Of a DNA stretch of 64,000 bases, positions 27,559 through 37,140 are shown in pieces (position 1 is the stretch's first letter; each line of letters starts with the position of its first letter). The notes beneath the pieces are model-generated. The model was not told the origin of the DNA. It was given only the letters and a program-made list of their open reading frames with translations, and ran no database searches. The stretch spans positions 13,729 through 77,728 of the forward strand of contig JBAQZL010000097.1 in NCBI GenBank assembly GCA_049790955.1, in the 5' to 3' direction. Source of the stretch: Acidimicrobiales bacterium. Its GTDB lineage: Bacteria > Actinomycetota > Acidimicrobiia > Acidimicrobiales > RAAP-2. The position numbers and the translations under genes are program-made.

Positions 27559-29010
27559 GTGCCTAGAGAGGGTGATTCCAGCCACCAGCTGGACAACATG
27601 GAGAAGAAGGACACCTTCGTTCTACGCCACCTCGCTGAAGTGCAGCCCGAACTGTGGTGGTTGGACTCCGATCCGCTCGAACCACTCCCGCACCCCGCAC
27701 TTATTGGTGATCTCGGTGCCGACCTCTGCATTGTCGGCGGCGGCTACACGGGGCTGTGGACCGCCTTACTGGCGAAGGAGCAAGACCCCTCTCGCGAAGT
27801 GATCATTGTCGAGCAGTATGAAACCGGAGCGGGCGCCTCGGGACGCAATGGGGGTTTCTGTAGCGCGTCGCTCACCCACGGATTCAATAACGGCATGAAC
27901 CGATTCGCCAACGAGATGCCGGTAATCGAGAGGCTCGCACGCGAGAATCTCGACGAGATCGAAGCCACCGTGAAGCGCTACGGCATCGAGTGCGACTGGG
28001 AGCGAACCGGAGAACTGCGCGTCGCCGTCGCGCCCTGGCAGTTCGAAGGCATGGCGGAAGAAGCGCGACTCCGCAACGACATGGGTGACCACGTCGAAGT
28101 CCTGAATAGAGAGCAGGTTCAGGCCCGCATCCACTCCCCTTCCTACGAAGGCGCACTCTTTGACATTGACGGCACGGCACTCGTTGATCCGGCTCGCTTG
28201 GTCTGGGGACTCGAGCGAGCCTGTCAATCGCTCGGCGTGCGTATCTTCGAGAACTCCAAAGTTGAGTGGCTCGAAGATGTCGAACACGGAGTTCGCGTTC
28301 ATACCCCCTACGGTGCCGTCACCGCGGGAAAAGTGGCACTCGCGACGAACGTCTTTCCCTCACTCATTCGCCAAACCCGTCGTTATGTGGCCGCGGTGTA
28401 CGACTACGCACTCGTCACTGAGCCCCTCAGCGATGAGCAGATGGCGAGCATTGGCTGGAGTGGCCGCGAGGGCGTCGCCGACGCCGGCAATCAGTTCCAC
28501 TACTACCGGCTCACGAAGGACAACTCCATCCTCTGGGGTGGCTACGACACGATCTACAAGTTTCGCGGCAAAGCGCGACGCGACTTTGAGTTCAACGCCG
28601 AGACCTACGCCAAACTGGCCGGTCACTTTCTTACGACGTTCCCGCAACTGTCGGGCATCAAGTTCACTCACGCGTGGGGCGGTGCGATCGACACGTGCAC
28701 GCGGTTCTCTCCGTTCTGGGGCATGGCCTATGGCGGCAAGGCCGCCTACGTCATGGGGTACACCGGACTCGGGGTCGCTTCAACCCGTTTCGGCGCCGCG
28801 GTGATGCTGGACCTTCTCGACGGCAAAACGACTGAGCGGACAACCCTGACCATGGTGCGAAAAAAGCCAATGCCCTTTCCGCCCGAGCCATTTCGTTGGC
28901 TCTTTATTCGCCTCACGCAACGCTCGATCGAAAAGGCCGACGAGAACGGCGGTCGACGCAACCTGTGGTTACGACTCCTTGATCTCTTGAATCTCGGTTT
29001 CGACTCGTAG
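27559..29010 (+). CDS. FAD-dependent oxidoreductase (DAO family, gamma-glutamylputrescine-oxidase-like)
   Basis: 483-aa ORF from GTG 27559; an alternative ATG lies at 27598. The dinucleotide fold is DLCIVGGGYTGLWTAL...GASGRNGG. Substrate is unknown. Confidence 0.75.
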   Translation: MPREGDSSHQLDNMEKKDTFVLRHLAEVQPELWWLDSDPLEPLPHPALIGDLGADLCIVGGGYTGLWTALLAKEQDPSREVIIVEQYETGAGASGRNGGFCSASLTHGFNNGMNRFANEMPVIERLARENLDEIEATVKRYGIECDWERTGELRVAVAPWQFEGMAEEARLRNDMGDHVEVLNREQVQARIHSPSYEGALFDIDGTALVDPARLVWGLERACQSLGVRIFENSKVEWLEDVEHGVRVHTPYGAVTAGKVALATNVFPSLIRQTRRYVAAVYDYALVTEPLSDEQMASIGWSGREGVADAGNQFHYYRLTKDNSILWGGYDTIYKFRGKARRDFEFNAETYAKLAGHFLTTFPQLSGIKFTHAWGGAIDTCTRFSPFWGMAYGGKAAYVMGYTGLGVASTRFGAAVMLDLLDGKTTERTTLTMVRKKPMPFPPEPFRWLFIRLTQRSIEKADENGGRRNLWLRLLDLLNLGFDS

Positions 29011-29020
29011 TCGAAGCGAC

Positions 29021-31009
29021 TTACTCTTCGTCGGCGGAACTCTCGCCCATCAAATCCGCAATGGAGTTCACCACCGTTGGGTCCGTCAAGGTCGTAACGT
29101 CACCGAGTGGTCGCTTCTCCGCCACGTCGCGCAGCAGTCGGCGCATAATTTTGCCCGAACGAGTCTTGGGCAGTTCTGGCGTCAAGATGATCTGACGGGG
29201 TTTGGCGATGGGACTGATGACCTTCGCCACGTGCTCGCGCAAGGCGTTGATCGTTCCGGTGTGATCCTTCTCCGCCTCATCGGCCGAGAGCTTCAGCGTC
29301 ACGAAAGCCACGATTGCCTGACCCGTTGTGTCATCACTGGCGCCAACGACCGCGGCTTCGGCCACGCCCGGATAACCAACCAAGGCGTGCTCGACTTCGG
29401 TGGTCGACAGTCGGTGGCCCGAGATGTTCATGACGTCGTCGATGCGACCGAGTAGCCACAGATCACCGTCGCTATCTTTCTTGGCACCGTCGCCCGCAAA
29501 GTAGACGCCCGGGAAGCGAGCCCAGTACGTCTCCTTGAAACGCTCCGGATCCCCGTAGATTCCTCGGGTCATAGACGGCCACGGCTGGGTGATGACTAGA
29601 TACCCACCTTCTCCGTTGCCCACGCTCTTACCTTCGTTGTCGACCACGTCGACTGAGATACCGGGCAATGCTTTCATGGCTGCGCCCGGCTTGGTCGCGG
29701 TGATGCCGGGTAGTGGTGACACCATGATCGCTCCGGTCTCGGTCTGCCACCACGTGTCGACGATCGGGCAGCGACTCCCGCCAACATTTTCGCGGTACCA
29801 CATCCAGGCCTCGGGGTTGATGGGCTCGCCCACCGTGCCGAGCAGGCGCAGACTCGTTAGGTCATGGCCCGCCGGGTGCTGGTGGCCCCACTTCATCAGC
29901 GTGCGGATAGTCGTCGGCGCCGTATAGAGGATCGATACCTTGTTCTCTTCGATGATCTTCCACCACCGATCGCGGCCGCCCGAGTCGGGTAGTCCCTCGT
30001 ACATCACCGAGGTGACGCCGTTGATCAAGGGGCCGTAGACGATATAGCTGTGACCGGTGATCCAACCGATGTCCGCGGCCGTCCAGCAGACATCCGTGTC
30101 GGGCTTGACGTCGAAGATGTTGTAGTACGTCGTGGCCGCCTGGGTCAGGTAGCCGCCGGTCGTGTGGAAGATGCCCTTCGGCTTCGCCGTCGTGCCAGAG
30201 GTGTACATGATGAACATCGTGTGCTCGGCGTCGAAAGATTCGTGAGCGTGCGTGTCCTTTTGCTTGTCGACCAAGTCGTGCCACCAGTGGTCGCGACCTT
30301 CGGTCCACTCAACGTCACCACCGGTGCGACGTACCACGAGGACGGAACGGACGTTGGGACAACTCTTCAGGGCTTCGTCGACGGCCGGCTTCAGCGGGGC
30401 CGGCGCGCCACGGCGGAAGGCGCCATCGGCGGTGACGACGATCTGACAGTCCGAGTCGAGAATGCGACTCGAAAGTGACTCGGCCGAGAAGCCCGCAAAG
30501 ATCACCGAGTGCACGGCGCCGATGCGCACGATGGCGAGCATCGTGACGACGGCCTCGGGGATCATCGGCATGTAGACCGCGACGCGGTCACCCGACTTGA
30601 CGCCCAACTCAGTGAGGCCGTTCGCGGCCTTGGCCACCATCTTCTGCAGCTCGGCGTAGGTGATGGTGCGTGACTCGCCTTCCGCGTCGGCCACCCAGTG
30701 ATACGCCACCTTGTCGCCCTTGCCGGCTTCTACATGGCGGTCGACGCAGTTGTACGACGCGTTGAGCGTGCCGTCACTGAACCACTTCGCGAAAGGCAGG
30801 TCCCACTCGAGCGTTTTGGTAGGTGCTTTCGTCCAGGTGAGACGGTCGGCCTGAGTGCGCCAGTACGCGAGCGGATCAGCTGCGGCCTGGTCGTAGATGG
30901 AGGGCTGGGCGTTCGCGTTTTTCGTGAACTCCGCGCTCGGAGGAAAACTACGTGTTTCATCTAGCCACGCTTCTAACTTTGCTTCTGCTTCACTCATGAC
31001 GTACCCCAC
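29021..31009 (-). CDS. acs: Acetyl-CoA synthetase
   Basis: 662 aa. ...YHWVADAEGESRTITY..., MYTSGTTAKPKG, WWQTETG and ...LPKTRSGKIMRR... are present. An alternative start is ATG 30997 (MSEAEAK). Confidence 0.93.
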   Translation of the reverse strand: MGYVMSEAEAKLEAWLDETRSFPPSAEFTKNANAQPSIYDQAAADPLAYWRTQADRLTWTKAPTKTLEWDLPFAKWFSDGTLNASYNCVDRHVEAGKGDKVAYHWVADAEGESRTITYAELQKMVAKAANGLTELGVKSGDRVAVYMPMIPEAVVTMLAIVRIGAVHSVIFAGFSAESLSSRILDSDCQIVVTADGAFRRGAPAPLKPAVDEALKSCPNVRSVLVVRRTGGDVEWTEGRDHWWHDLVDKQKDTHAHESFDAEHTMFIMYTSGTTAKPKGIFHTTGGYLTQAATTYYNIFDVKPDTDVCWTAADIGWITGHSYIVYGPLINGVTSVMYEGLPDSGGRDRWWKIIEENKVSILYTAPTTIRTLMKWGHQHPAGHDLTSLRLLGTVGEPINPEAWMWYRENVGGSRCPIVDTWWQTETGAIMVSPLPGITATKPGAAMKALPGISVDVVDNEGKSVGNGEGGYLVITQPWPSMTRGIYGDPERFKETYWARFPGVYFAGDGAKKDSDGDLWLLGRIDDVMNISGHRLSTTEVEHALVGYPGVAEAAVVGASDDTTGQAIVAFVTLKLSADEAEKDHTGTINALREHVAKVISPIAKPRQIILTPELPKTRSGKIMRRLLRDVAEKRPLGDVTTLTDPTVVNSIADLMGESSADEE

Positions 31010-31097
31010 TCCAAGCGTTGAATGTATTTTGATGATTCAGTTCTGTGGTCTATCCACGCGACTGACGTTGAGAGTACTTCTCACTGTCGCGTAGATG

Positions 31098-31135
31098 CCA
31101 ACAGCGCCCGTACCTCGTGGCACGGGCGCTGTTGG
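31098..31135 (-). terminator. Perfect 14-bp GC-rich hairpin between satP and acs (possible terminator, attenuator or processing site)
   Basis: CCAACAGCGCCCGT (31098..31111), a 10-nt loop, then ACGGGCGCTGTTGG (31122..31135). There is no U-tract on the minus strand. A second short hairpin, GGTGG-CAAG-CCACC, follows the satP stop. Confidence 0.4.
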
Positions 31136-31173
31136 CGGTTGGGTCCGGTGGCAAGCCACCAGTGACCTCTACG

Positions 31174-31743
31174 TTAGCCTCGTGGGCCCACCGGTAGCAC
31201 AACCTTGCCATGCGTAGCATTCACCACGCCAGCTGCCGACGCATACCACGCCGCGGCCGCTGTGGCGAGTCCAACCCATCCGCCAGCCTTCACGATGTCA
31301 GCAAACGAGTGGGTCGTCCCCCAGTTGCCAATGGTGAGAAGGATGAAGGTAATTGACAGCAAAACGAACACGCTCAAGACTGCGTTGTTCGTCTTGGTCG
31401 CCGCCAACGTCATGTACAGGGTAAAGATTGTCCAACCCAAGAGGAAGATCGGAACAGTGTCCGCGCCGCCCCCGGGGAGTCCGAACTTAATAAGTGCATA
31501 AAAAGACAGCCAGAACGCTCCGTATGATGAGAACGCGAGTGCCGCGAAGGTGTTCTTGCGCACAAACTCCCACATACCAGCTAGCAACTGCACGCTTCCT
31601 CCGTAGAAGAAGGCCAGCGCCAAGGCTGCTTCGAGACCCGCTCCGTGCCATATTCCGGCGTTCCAACTACTCAGTGCGAAAGTCGTCATAGCGAATCCGG
31701 CAAGTCCTAATGGACCGGGATCCGCAACTCTTTCTTCAGGCAT
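31174..31743 (-). CDS. satP: GPR1/FUN34/YaaH-family acetate/succinate channel
   Basis: 189 aa with six TM helices. The N-terminal signature is NPGPLGLAGFAMTTF (family motif NPAPLGL). It is adjacent to acs. Confidence 0.88.
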   Translation of the reverse strand: MPEERVADPGPLGLAGFAMTTFALSSWNAGIWHGAGLEAALALAFFYGGSVQLLAGMWEFVRKNTFAALAFSSYGAFWLSFYALIKFGLPGGGADTVPIFLLGWTIFTLYMTLAATKTNNAVLSVFVLLSITFILLTIGNWGTTHSFADIVKAGGWVGLATAAAAWYASAAGVVNATHGKVVLPVGPRG

Positions 31744-31847
31744 CTAATTCCCCCCAATTAAGGATCACATGCAGCCTCCGCGATGGAGACCCGTAAAGTA
31801 TTAAACACCCTCGCGGACCAGCCTTGTTGGACTATTTTCGACAATCA

Positions 31848-31863
31848 TGTGACACCTTTCACA
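31848..31863. promoter_or_regulatory. Perfect CRP/FNR-family (Crp/GlxR-type) palindrome TGTGA-N6-TCACA upstream of satP
   Basis: TGTGACACCTTTCACA was read directly. Its centre lies about 112 nt upstream of the satP ATG (31743). A third half-site, TGTGA, sits at 31881..31885, with a CCACGTGG palindrome (31867..31874) between them. Confidence 0.45.
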
Positions 31864-31941
31864 AGTCCACGTGGTTACTTTGTGAAAACCCGTGCAAAGT
31901 CAGGTATTTCGGGACAACGACATCACTCAGAAGAAACCTTC

Positions 31942-32724
31942 TCAGGCTTCAAAAACGGCGTCGATGGCGTCGCGAAAGGATCGCACGAAATTCTCCACGT
32001 CGTGAGCGCTCGCCCCATCGAGAATTGCCCTCACGAGAGCTGATCCGACGATCACCCCGTCGCTCACCTGCGCCGTCGCAGCCGCTTGTTCGGGGGTCGT
32101 AATGCCGATACCGACGTACACGGGAAGGTCGCTCGCCTCACGCACGTTCGCCACGACCCTCGCTCCCTCGCCTTCATCGGTGCTGGCTCCGGTCACGGCC
32201 ATGCGTGCCGACGCGTACAGAAATCCCTCGCTGCGCTTGGCAACGTCACGGATTCGATCGACGGGCGTTGAGGGCGCCACGAGAAAGATGGTAGCGATAT
32301 CGTGCTCGGCGCACGACGTCGTCCATTCGTCGGACTCCTCGAGTGAGAGATCCGGCACAATTGCTCCGGACAGTCCAAATTCGCGCAAACGTCCGGCGCT
32401 GCGTGCCAGCCCGTAATGCAAGAAGATGTTGTAATACGTCATCGCGATAAGTGGAACGTCAGTGTCGATCGCGGCGAGTTCGCGGCCAATCGACTCGAAC
32501 GTCGTGCCCGCCTGAAGAGCTCGAAGTCCCGCCTCTTGAATGACCACCCCGTCCATCATCGGATCCGAGAAAGGAATCCCGATTTCAATCGCGTCGGCGC
32601 CGCCGAGGGCGGCCGCCTCGACGTGACGGATCCAGTCAGGCGTGGCGCCAGCGACAAAATAAGGCACCAGCGCCTTTCGCCCGTCTTCGCGCAGTGCGCG
32701 AAGAGTCACTTCGAGTGACTTCAC
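31942..32724 (-). CDS. trpA: Tryptophan synthase alpha chain
   Basis: 260 aa with ...[18 protein letters not shown]...; 4-nt overlap with the trpB stop. Confidence 0.92.
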   Translation of the reverse strand: MKSLEVTLRALREDGRKALVPYFVAGATPDWIRHVEAAALGGADAIEIGIPFSDPMMDGVVIQEAGLRALQAGTTFESIGRELAAIDTDVPLIAMTYYNIFLHYGLARSAGRLREFGLSGAIVPDLSLEESDEWTTSCAEHDIATIFLVAPSTPVDRIRDVAKRSEGFLYASARMAVTGASTDEGEGARVVANVREASDLPVYVGIGITTPEQAAATAQVSDGVIVGSALVRAILDGASAHDVENFVRSFRDAIDAVFEA

Positions 32725-33902
32725 GATGGGCCCTTCAAAAGTTGACGAACTTGAGCCACATCTTTATCGCCGCGTCCGGAAAGGTTCAGCAACACGGTCG
32801 CGCCTCGAGGAATTCGCGCGCCAACCTCTCGGGTTATCCACGCCAGAGCGTGTGCAGTCTCGAGTGCGGGAATTATTCCTTCGTACTCGCTCAGCAGCGA
32901 GAGGGCGTCGAGAACTTCCTCATCGCCCACGGCGAAATACTCGGCGCGACCGGAGTCAGCCAGATAGGCGTGTTCAGGTCCGATTCCCGGGTAGTCAAGT
33001 CCGGCGGACATGGAATGGGCCTCTTCGATTTGGCCAAACTCGTCTTGGAGCAACATTGATCGCATACCGTGCAGGACTCCGGGCGAACCACTCGCTACGG
33101 CGGCCCCACCCGCCGCTTCGACGCCAACGAGCCTCGCGTCACTGTTCGCAAAGCCCGCAAAAATGCCAGCGGCGTTGGATCCTCCGCCGACGCACGCCAC
33201 TACGAGATCCGGTGTGCCGACGCCGAGTTCGTCGAGTTGTGCCGCCGCCTCGATGCCGATGATGCTCTGAAACTCACGAACCATCCAAGGAAAAGGGTGG
33301 GGACCCATGACCGAACCAATGCAGTAATGCGTGTCGCTCACGCAGGTCACCCACTCGCGCATTGCCTCGTTGACCGCGTCTTTCAAGGTTCGCGAACCCG
33401 AGGTCACCGGCACCACTCGGGCGCCGAGCAACTCCATTCGAAAGACGTTGAGCTCTTGGCGCACCGTGTCGACCTCACCCATAAACACGGTGCACGCGAG
33501 CCCGAGGCGAGCGGCGCCGGTCGCGGTGGCGACGCCGTGTTGACCGGCGCCGGTTTCGGCGATGATGCGCGTCTTGCCCATACGCCGGGTCAACAGAGTC
33601 TGTCCCACGACGTTATTAATCTTGTGCGATCCCGTGTGAGCCAGGTCTTCGCGCTTCGCGTAGAGAGACAGCCCCAACTTTTCGGAGAGCCGCGGTAACG
33701 GGGTGACTGGTGTCGGACGACCCACAAACTGTGACAGCGTCGTGCGGTACTCGTCGATGAACGAAGGGTCTGCCCAGGCGTCACGAAACGCTCCTTCCAG
33801 CTCAAGACACGCCGGCATCAGTGCCTCGGGAACGAAGCGACCCCCAAAGTCTCCGAAGTGGCCGCGTTCGTCGGGAGCCCCCATTACTTCGTTTTTCGAC
33901 AC
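32721..33902 (-). CDS. trpB: Tryptophan synthase beta chain
   Basis: [13 protein letters not shown] and the PLP-Lys context HTGSHKINN are present. The likely start is GTG 33902, 1 nt after the trpF stop, or ATG 33884. The 476-aa track ORF (to 34151) is an out-of-context extension across trpF. Confidence 0.92.
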   Translation of the reverse strand: MSKNEVMGAPDERGHFGDFGGRFVPEALMPACLELEGAFRDAWADPSFIDEYRTTLSQFVGRPTPVTPLPRLSEKLGLSLYAKREDLAHTGSHKINNVVGQTLLTRRMGKTRIIAETGAGQHGVATATGAARLGLACTVFMGEVDTVRQELNVFRMELLGARVVPVTSGSRTLKDAVNEAMREWVTCVSDTHYCIGSVMGPHPFPWMVREFQSIIGIEAAAQLDELGVGTPDLVVACVGGGSNAAGIFAGFANSDARLVGVEAAGGAAVASGSPGVLHGMRSMLLQDEFGQIEEAHSMSAGLDYPGIGPEHAYLADSGRAEYFAVGDEEVLDALSLLSEYEGIIPALETAHALAWITREVGARIPRGATVLLNLSGRGDKDVAQVRQLLKGPS

Positions 33903-33903
33903 G

Positions 33904-34551
33904 TCATCCCTCCGCGTTCGCCCACGCACTGCGAGCGTGAGTGACGAAGTCGGCGACAAGTCGCGCGTCCTTGACGCCGGGGCTCGCTTCCACCCCGCTG
34001 GAGCAGTCCACGCCCCAGGCGTGACTCGCTGCCACCACGTTGGCGACGTTCGACGCCGTGAGACCTCCCGCGGCAATGACTGGAACGTTGAACGAACGAG
34101 ATGCCAACCGATCCCAGGAGTGAGCGATCCCCGAACCGGGACGGGGCCCATCGATCAGAACGGCGTCGACGACCGTCTCGTCAAAGATATCGAACTCCTC
34201 GCCTTCGATGTTGAGGGCTTTCACCACGCGAAGGCCGCGCTCCTTCAGTTCCCCGAGGAGTTGATCGCTGAGGGGTCCGTGTACTTGCACCACGTCCAGG
34301 TCGAGTGAACTCGAGTGCTCGATGATGTCATCATCACTGTTCTCACGAAACACGCCACAGCGAAGAATCGAACCTCGCGTTGCATCAAGAATCTCTCGGG
34401 CTCGCTCCATCGTCACTCTGCGCGACGACGCGGCAAAGATCACTCCGAGAGCGTCGGCACCAGCGTCCACGGCGACGCCCGCATCCGCAACGGACGTGAC
34501 GCCACAGATCTTGACGTAACCACGCGACCACTGATCACGCACGTTGCCCAC
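33904..34551 (-). CDS. trpF: N-(5'-phosphoribosyl)anthranilate isomerase
   Basis: 215 aa: ...[28 protein letters not shown].... The start is GTG at 34551 (or 34542), overlapping the trpC 3' end. Confidence 0.85.
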   Translation of the reverse strand: MGNVRDQWSRGYVKICGVTSVADAGVAVDAGADALGVIFAASSRRVTMERAREILDATRGSILRCGVFRENSDDDIIEHSSSLDLDVVQVHGPLSDQLLGELKERGLRVVKALNIEGEEFDIFDETVVDAVLIDGPRPGSGIAHSWDRLASRSFNVPVIAAGGLTASNVANVVAASHAWGVDCSSGVEASPGVKDARLVADFVTHARSAWANAEG

Positions 34552-35332
34552 TTGGCACCAAGGCGAAGGCTTTCACAAGAGCGCTCGGGTCGGACGCCGT
34601 CACAAAGGCTTCGCCGACGAGAACAGCGTCAAAGCCGGCCTGGGCGGCGCGCTCGACGTCCTCGACGGTCGTGAGTCCGGACTCACATACCGTGAGAGCG
34701 TCGCGTGGCAGTGAGGCAATCACCGACGCGGCATGATCGGGATCCACGTCAAAGGTTCGTAGGTTGCGTTGATTGACACCGATGATCTTCGCGCCAGCAT
34801 CGACGGCCCGTTGGGCCTCGTCCGTGTCGTGCACTTCAACGAGAGCGTCAATCCCGCACTGGTCGCTTAGCTCGAGAAACGAGGTCAGTTCTTGATCACT
34901 CAGGGCCGCGACGATCAAGAGCACGGCACTCGCACCCGCTTCGACGGCGTCCAGTATGTCGTTCTCGCTAACGGTGAAGTCCTTACGAAGCACGGGCAAC
35001 ACCACGGTGCGACGCACGAGGAGGAGATCGTCCATCGAACCCTCAAAGAACTCGTGGTCAGTGAGGACCGAGACCGCGGCCGCACCGGCGTCGCGATAGA
35101 TCCCCGCGAGCTCCGCCACGTCAAGGTCTGGCGCCAACAACCCCTTTGACGGTGAGCGACGCTTGACCTCGGCGATCACCTTGATGAACGGGGACGAACC
35201 TTGGCGCAGGACAAGTACGAACGAGGGGCCGTCGTAACGAACGTCCTCGACTCGTGCTTTCCAGTCTCTTTGATCGCGCGCCGCACGGCGTCGATGAGAT
35301 TCCAAAATCGTGTCGAGGTAGGTGGTCGCCAT
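34535..35332 (-). CDS. trpC: Indole-3-glycerol-phosphate synthase
   Basis: 265 aa with ...VIAEVKRRSPSKG... and ...LRKDF... motifs. Confidence 0.9.
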   Translation of the reverse strand: MATTYLDTILESHRRRAARDQRDWKARVEDVRYDGPSFVLVLRQGSSPFIKVIAEVKRRSPSKGLLAPDLDVAELAGIYRDAGAAAVSVLTDHEFFEGSMDDLLLVRRTVVLPVLRKDFTVSENDILDAVEAGASAVLLIVAALSDQELTSFLELSDQCGIDALVEVHDTDEAQRAVDAGAKIIGVNQRNLRTFDVDPDHAASVIASLPRDALTVCESGLTTVEDVERAAQAGFDAVLVGEAFVTASDPSALVKAFALVPSGQRA

Positions 35333-35418
35333 CTCAAAATGGTAGTTGTGGAGAGCGTCACCACCGCCACGAGTATCGTGTCGCTATGCCCGCGCGCCTT
35401 TTCGTGACGAACTAGCCA

Positions 35419-36435
35419 ATGGACTCATTCGCGCAGGATGTCTTGAACCCACTCGTACGCGGGACCAACTTGGAACGGGGCGAGGCCGCGAACGCCTTGT
35501 GCGAAATTCTCGACGGGAAGGTTGACGGCGTCCTTATCGCCAGCTTTCTGACCGCCCTCACCGCAAAGGGCGAGACGGCCGACGAGATGACCGGCTTTAT
35601 CGATGCGATGATCTCTCGCGCTACCACCTTCTCGATTGGTCCGAGCGCGATCGACATTGTCGGGACCGGCGGCGATCAGCTTCACACCGTCAACATCTCG
35701 ACCATGGCCGCCTTGGTGGTGGCCGGATGCGGAGTGTCCGTAGCGAAACACGGCAACCGGGCGGCCTCGTCATCGGTTGGCTCAGCAGACGTGCTGGAGG
35801 CTCTGGGCGTACGGATCGACGCTCCCGAAGACGTGGTGCGCGCCTGCGTCAGCGAGGCGGGCATCGGGTTCATGTTTGCCCCGATCTTTCATCCGGCGCT
35901 CGCAAACCTCGTACCGATTCGCCGAGCGCTGCGCTTTCGCACCATCTTTAACGTGCTTGGACCTCTAGCGAACCCCGCCCTCGTCCAACGATCACTTATT
36001 GGCGTGGCTCCGTTGACCCTGCTCGACAAAATGGCGGAAGTTCTACATCAACGCGGGATTCGTCGGGCCATCCTCGTGAGTTCCGACGACGGATTGGACG
36101 AGCTCTCCCTCGGGGCGAATGCGACCCTGGAGTACGTCGCGGGTGAGACACGATACCGCCGGCGCATTGACCCCGGCAACGCGCTCGGTCTACGTCACAG
36201 CGCGGCCGATATCCGCGGCGGTGATGTTGAAGAGAACGTGGCTTTCACGCGAGCGTTTCTGGAGGGCGCACGCGGCGCCATCTTCGACACGGTCTGCGCG
36301 AACGCGGCCCTCGCTCTCATGGTCGCCGGGGAGACGGATGAGTTGAAGGATGGATTTCAACGCGCGAGCGCCTGCGTTCTTGACGGTCGAGCGCAGAGTG
36401 CGCTGGAACGTCTCGTCGCAGTCTCCAACGCCTAG
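35419..36435 (+). CDS. trpD: Anthranilate phosphoribosyltransferase
   Basis: 338 aa: ...ASFLTALTAKGETADEMTGF...DIVGTGGD...HGNRAASS.... It is divergent from trpC across an 86-nt spacer. Confidence 0.92.
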   Translation: MDSFAQDVLNPLVRGTNLERGEAANALCEILDGKVDGVLIASFLTALTAKGETADEMTGFIDAMISRATTFSIGPSAIDIVGTGGDQLHTVNISTMAALVVAGCGVSVAKHGNRAASSSVGSADVLEALGVRIDAPEDVVRACVSEAGIGFMFAPIFHPALANLVPIRRALRFRTIFNVLGPLANPALVQRSLIGVAPLTLLDKMAEVLHQRGIRRAILVSSDDGLDELSLGANATLEYVAGETRYRRRIDPGNALGLRHSAADIRGGDVEENVAFTRAFLEGARGAIFDTVCANAALALMVAGETDELKDGFQRASACVLDGRAQSALERLVAVSNA

Positions 36436-36947
36436 AGGAGTCTGAGTTCCTCGCGGAAGCGCCGCCCGTTCGAGGCGTACAGCGCCGCCGCGGCCACCGC
36501 GACGCCTTCGTTGCACGAGTCGAGTTTCATGACCGCCGGAACACCCAGGGCCATCGCGTTTGCCGGAACTTCCGTCTTGTTGCGCACCACGGCGCCGGCC
36601 CCGACCGTAGCGCCACTATTCACTTGGGCTTCGTGCAGCACAACCGAACCGCTGCCGACGAGAGCTCGATCGTGAATGGTGCATCCTTCTAAGTGCACGA
36701 GGTGACCAATGACGCAGTCGTCGCCAACCACGGTTGGAAACTCGTCGGTCGCGTGGATCACCGAGCCATCTTGAATCGACGTGCGTTCGCCGATGATGAT
36801 CGTGCCGTAGTCGCCGCGCAGTACCGCTCCCGGCCATACCGACGAGTCGGCGCCAATGCGCACGTCACCGATCACCACGGCGTCCGGGTGGATGTAGGCG
36901 TCTTCGTGAATTTGCGGTACTCGATCGCCAAGAGCGTAGATGGGCAC
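36432..36947 (-). CDS. Gamma-carbonic-anhydrase-like left-handed beta-helix protein (YrdA/PaaY family)
   Basis: 171 aa: ...IHEDAYIHPDAVVIGDVRIGADSSVWPGAVLRGDYGTIIIGERTSIQDGSVIH... with hexapeptide repeats. The stop overlaps the trpD stop (CTAG). Confidence 0.85.
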   Translation of the reverse strand: MPIYALGDRVPQIHEDAYIHPDAVVIGDVRIGADSSVWPGAVLRGDYGTIIIGERTSIQDGSVIHATDEFPTVVGDDCVIGHLVHLEGCTIHDRALVGSGSVVLHEAQVNSGATVGAGAVVRNKTEVPANAMALGVPAVMKLDSCNEGVAVAAAALYASNGRRFREELRLL

Positions 36948-36957
36948 GTCAGACCTC

Positions 36958-37140
36958 CTAGTGGGCTATCCACGAAATTAACTGATAGATCCGCCACCCG
37001 ACGTAGATGACGGACACGACGGCGAAGAATCGCCAGCGCCACGGAACGGGCTCGCGCTCGGTTTCGACGACTTCCGCGCCACAGACTTCACAGACGTCGC
37101 TCTCTTCGGGGCGATCGCAGACCTCACACCAGTTGGCCAC
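36958..37140 (-). CDS. Hypothetical small Zn-ribbon (CxxC...CxxC) protein with a C-terminal TM helix
   Basis: 60 aa: (M)ANWCEVCDRPEESDVCEVCGAEVV...WRWRFFAVVSVIYVGWRIYQLISWIAH. The GTG overlaps the der stop by 1 nt (TAGTG). Confidence 0.5.
   Translation of the reverse strand: MANWCEVCDRPEESDVCEVCGAEVVETEREPVPWRWRFFAVVSVIYVGWRIYQLISWIAH

Noticed and set aside
27369-27597. Riboswitch-like fragments (GCAGAGAG...CACTGAAG...GGGGC; AGAGAGGG...CACCAGCTGGACAA) upstream of the FAD oxidoreductase, reminiscent of a glycine riboswitch
   Set aside because: The matches are partial and out of register. The CUCAGGCAAAAGGAC-type second half is absent. The region also has to hold two divergent promoters. A covariance-model search (RF00504) would be needed before claiming anything.
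31044-31059. Second CRP-like site (TGTGGTCTATCCACGC) upstream of acs
   Set aside because: Only the first half-site is a near match (TGTGG against TGTGA). The second half (CACGC) does not fit TCACA. It is indistinguishable from chance.
35339-35407. 22-codon mini-ORF in the trpC/trpD spacer as a possible trp leader peptide
   Set aside because: It contains no Trp codons, and no obvious alternative terminator/antiterminator hairpins follow it.
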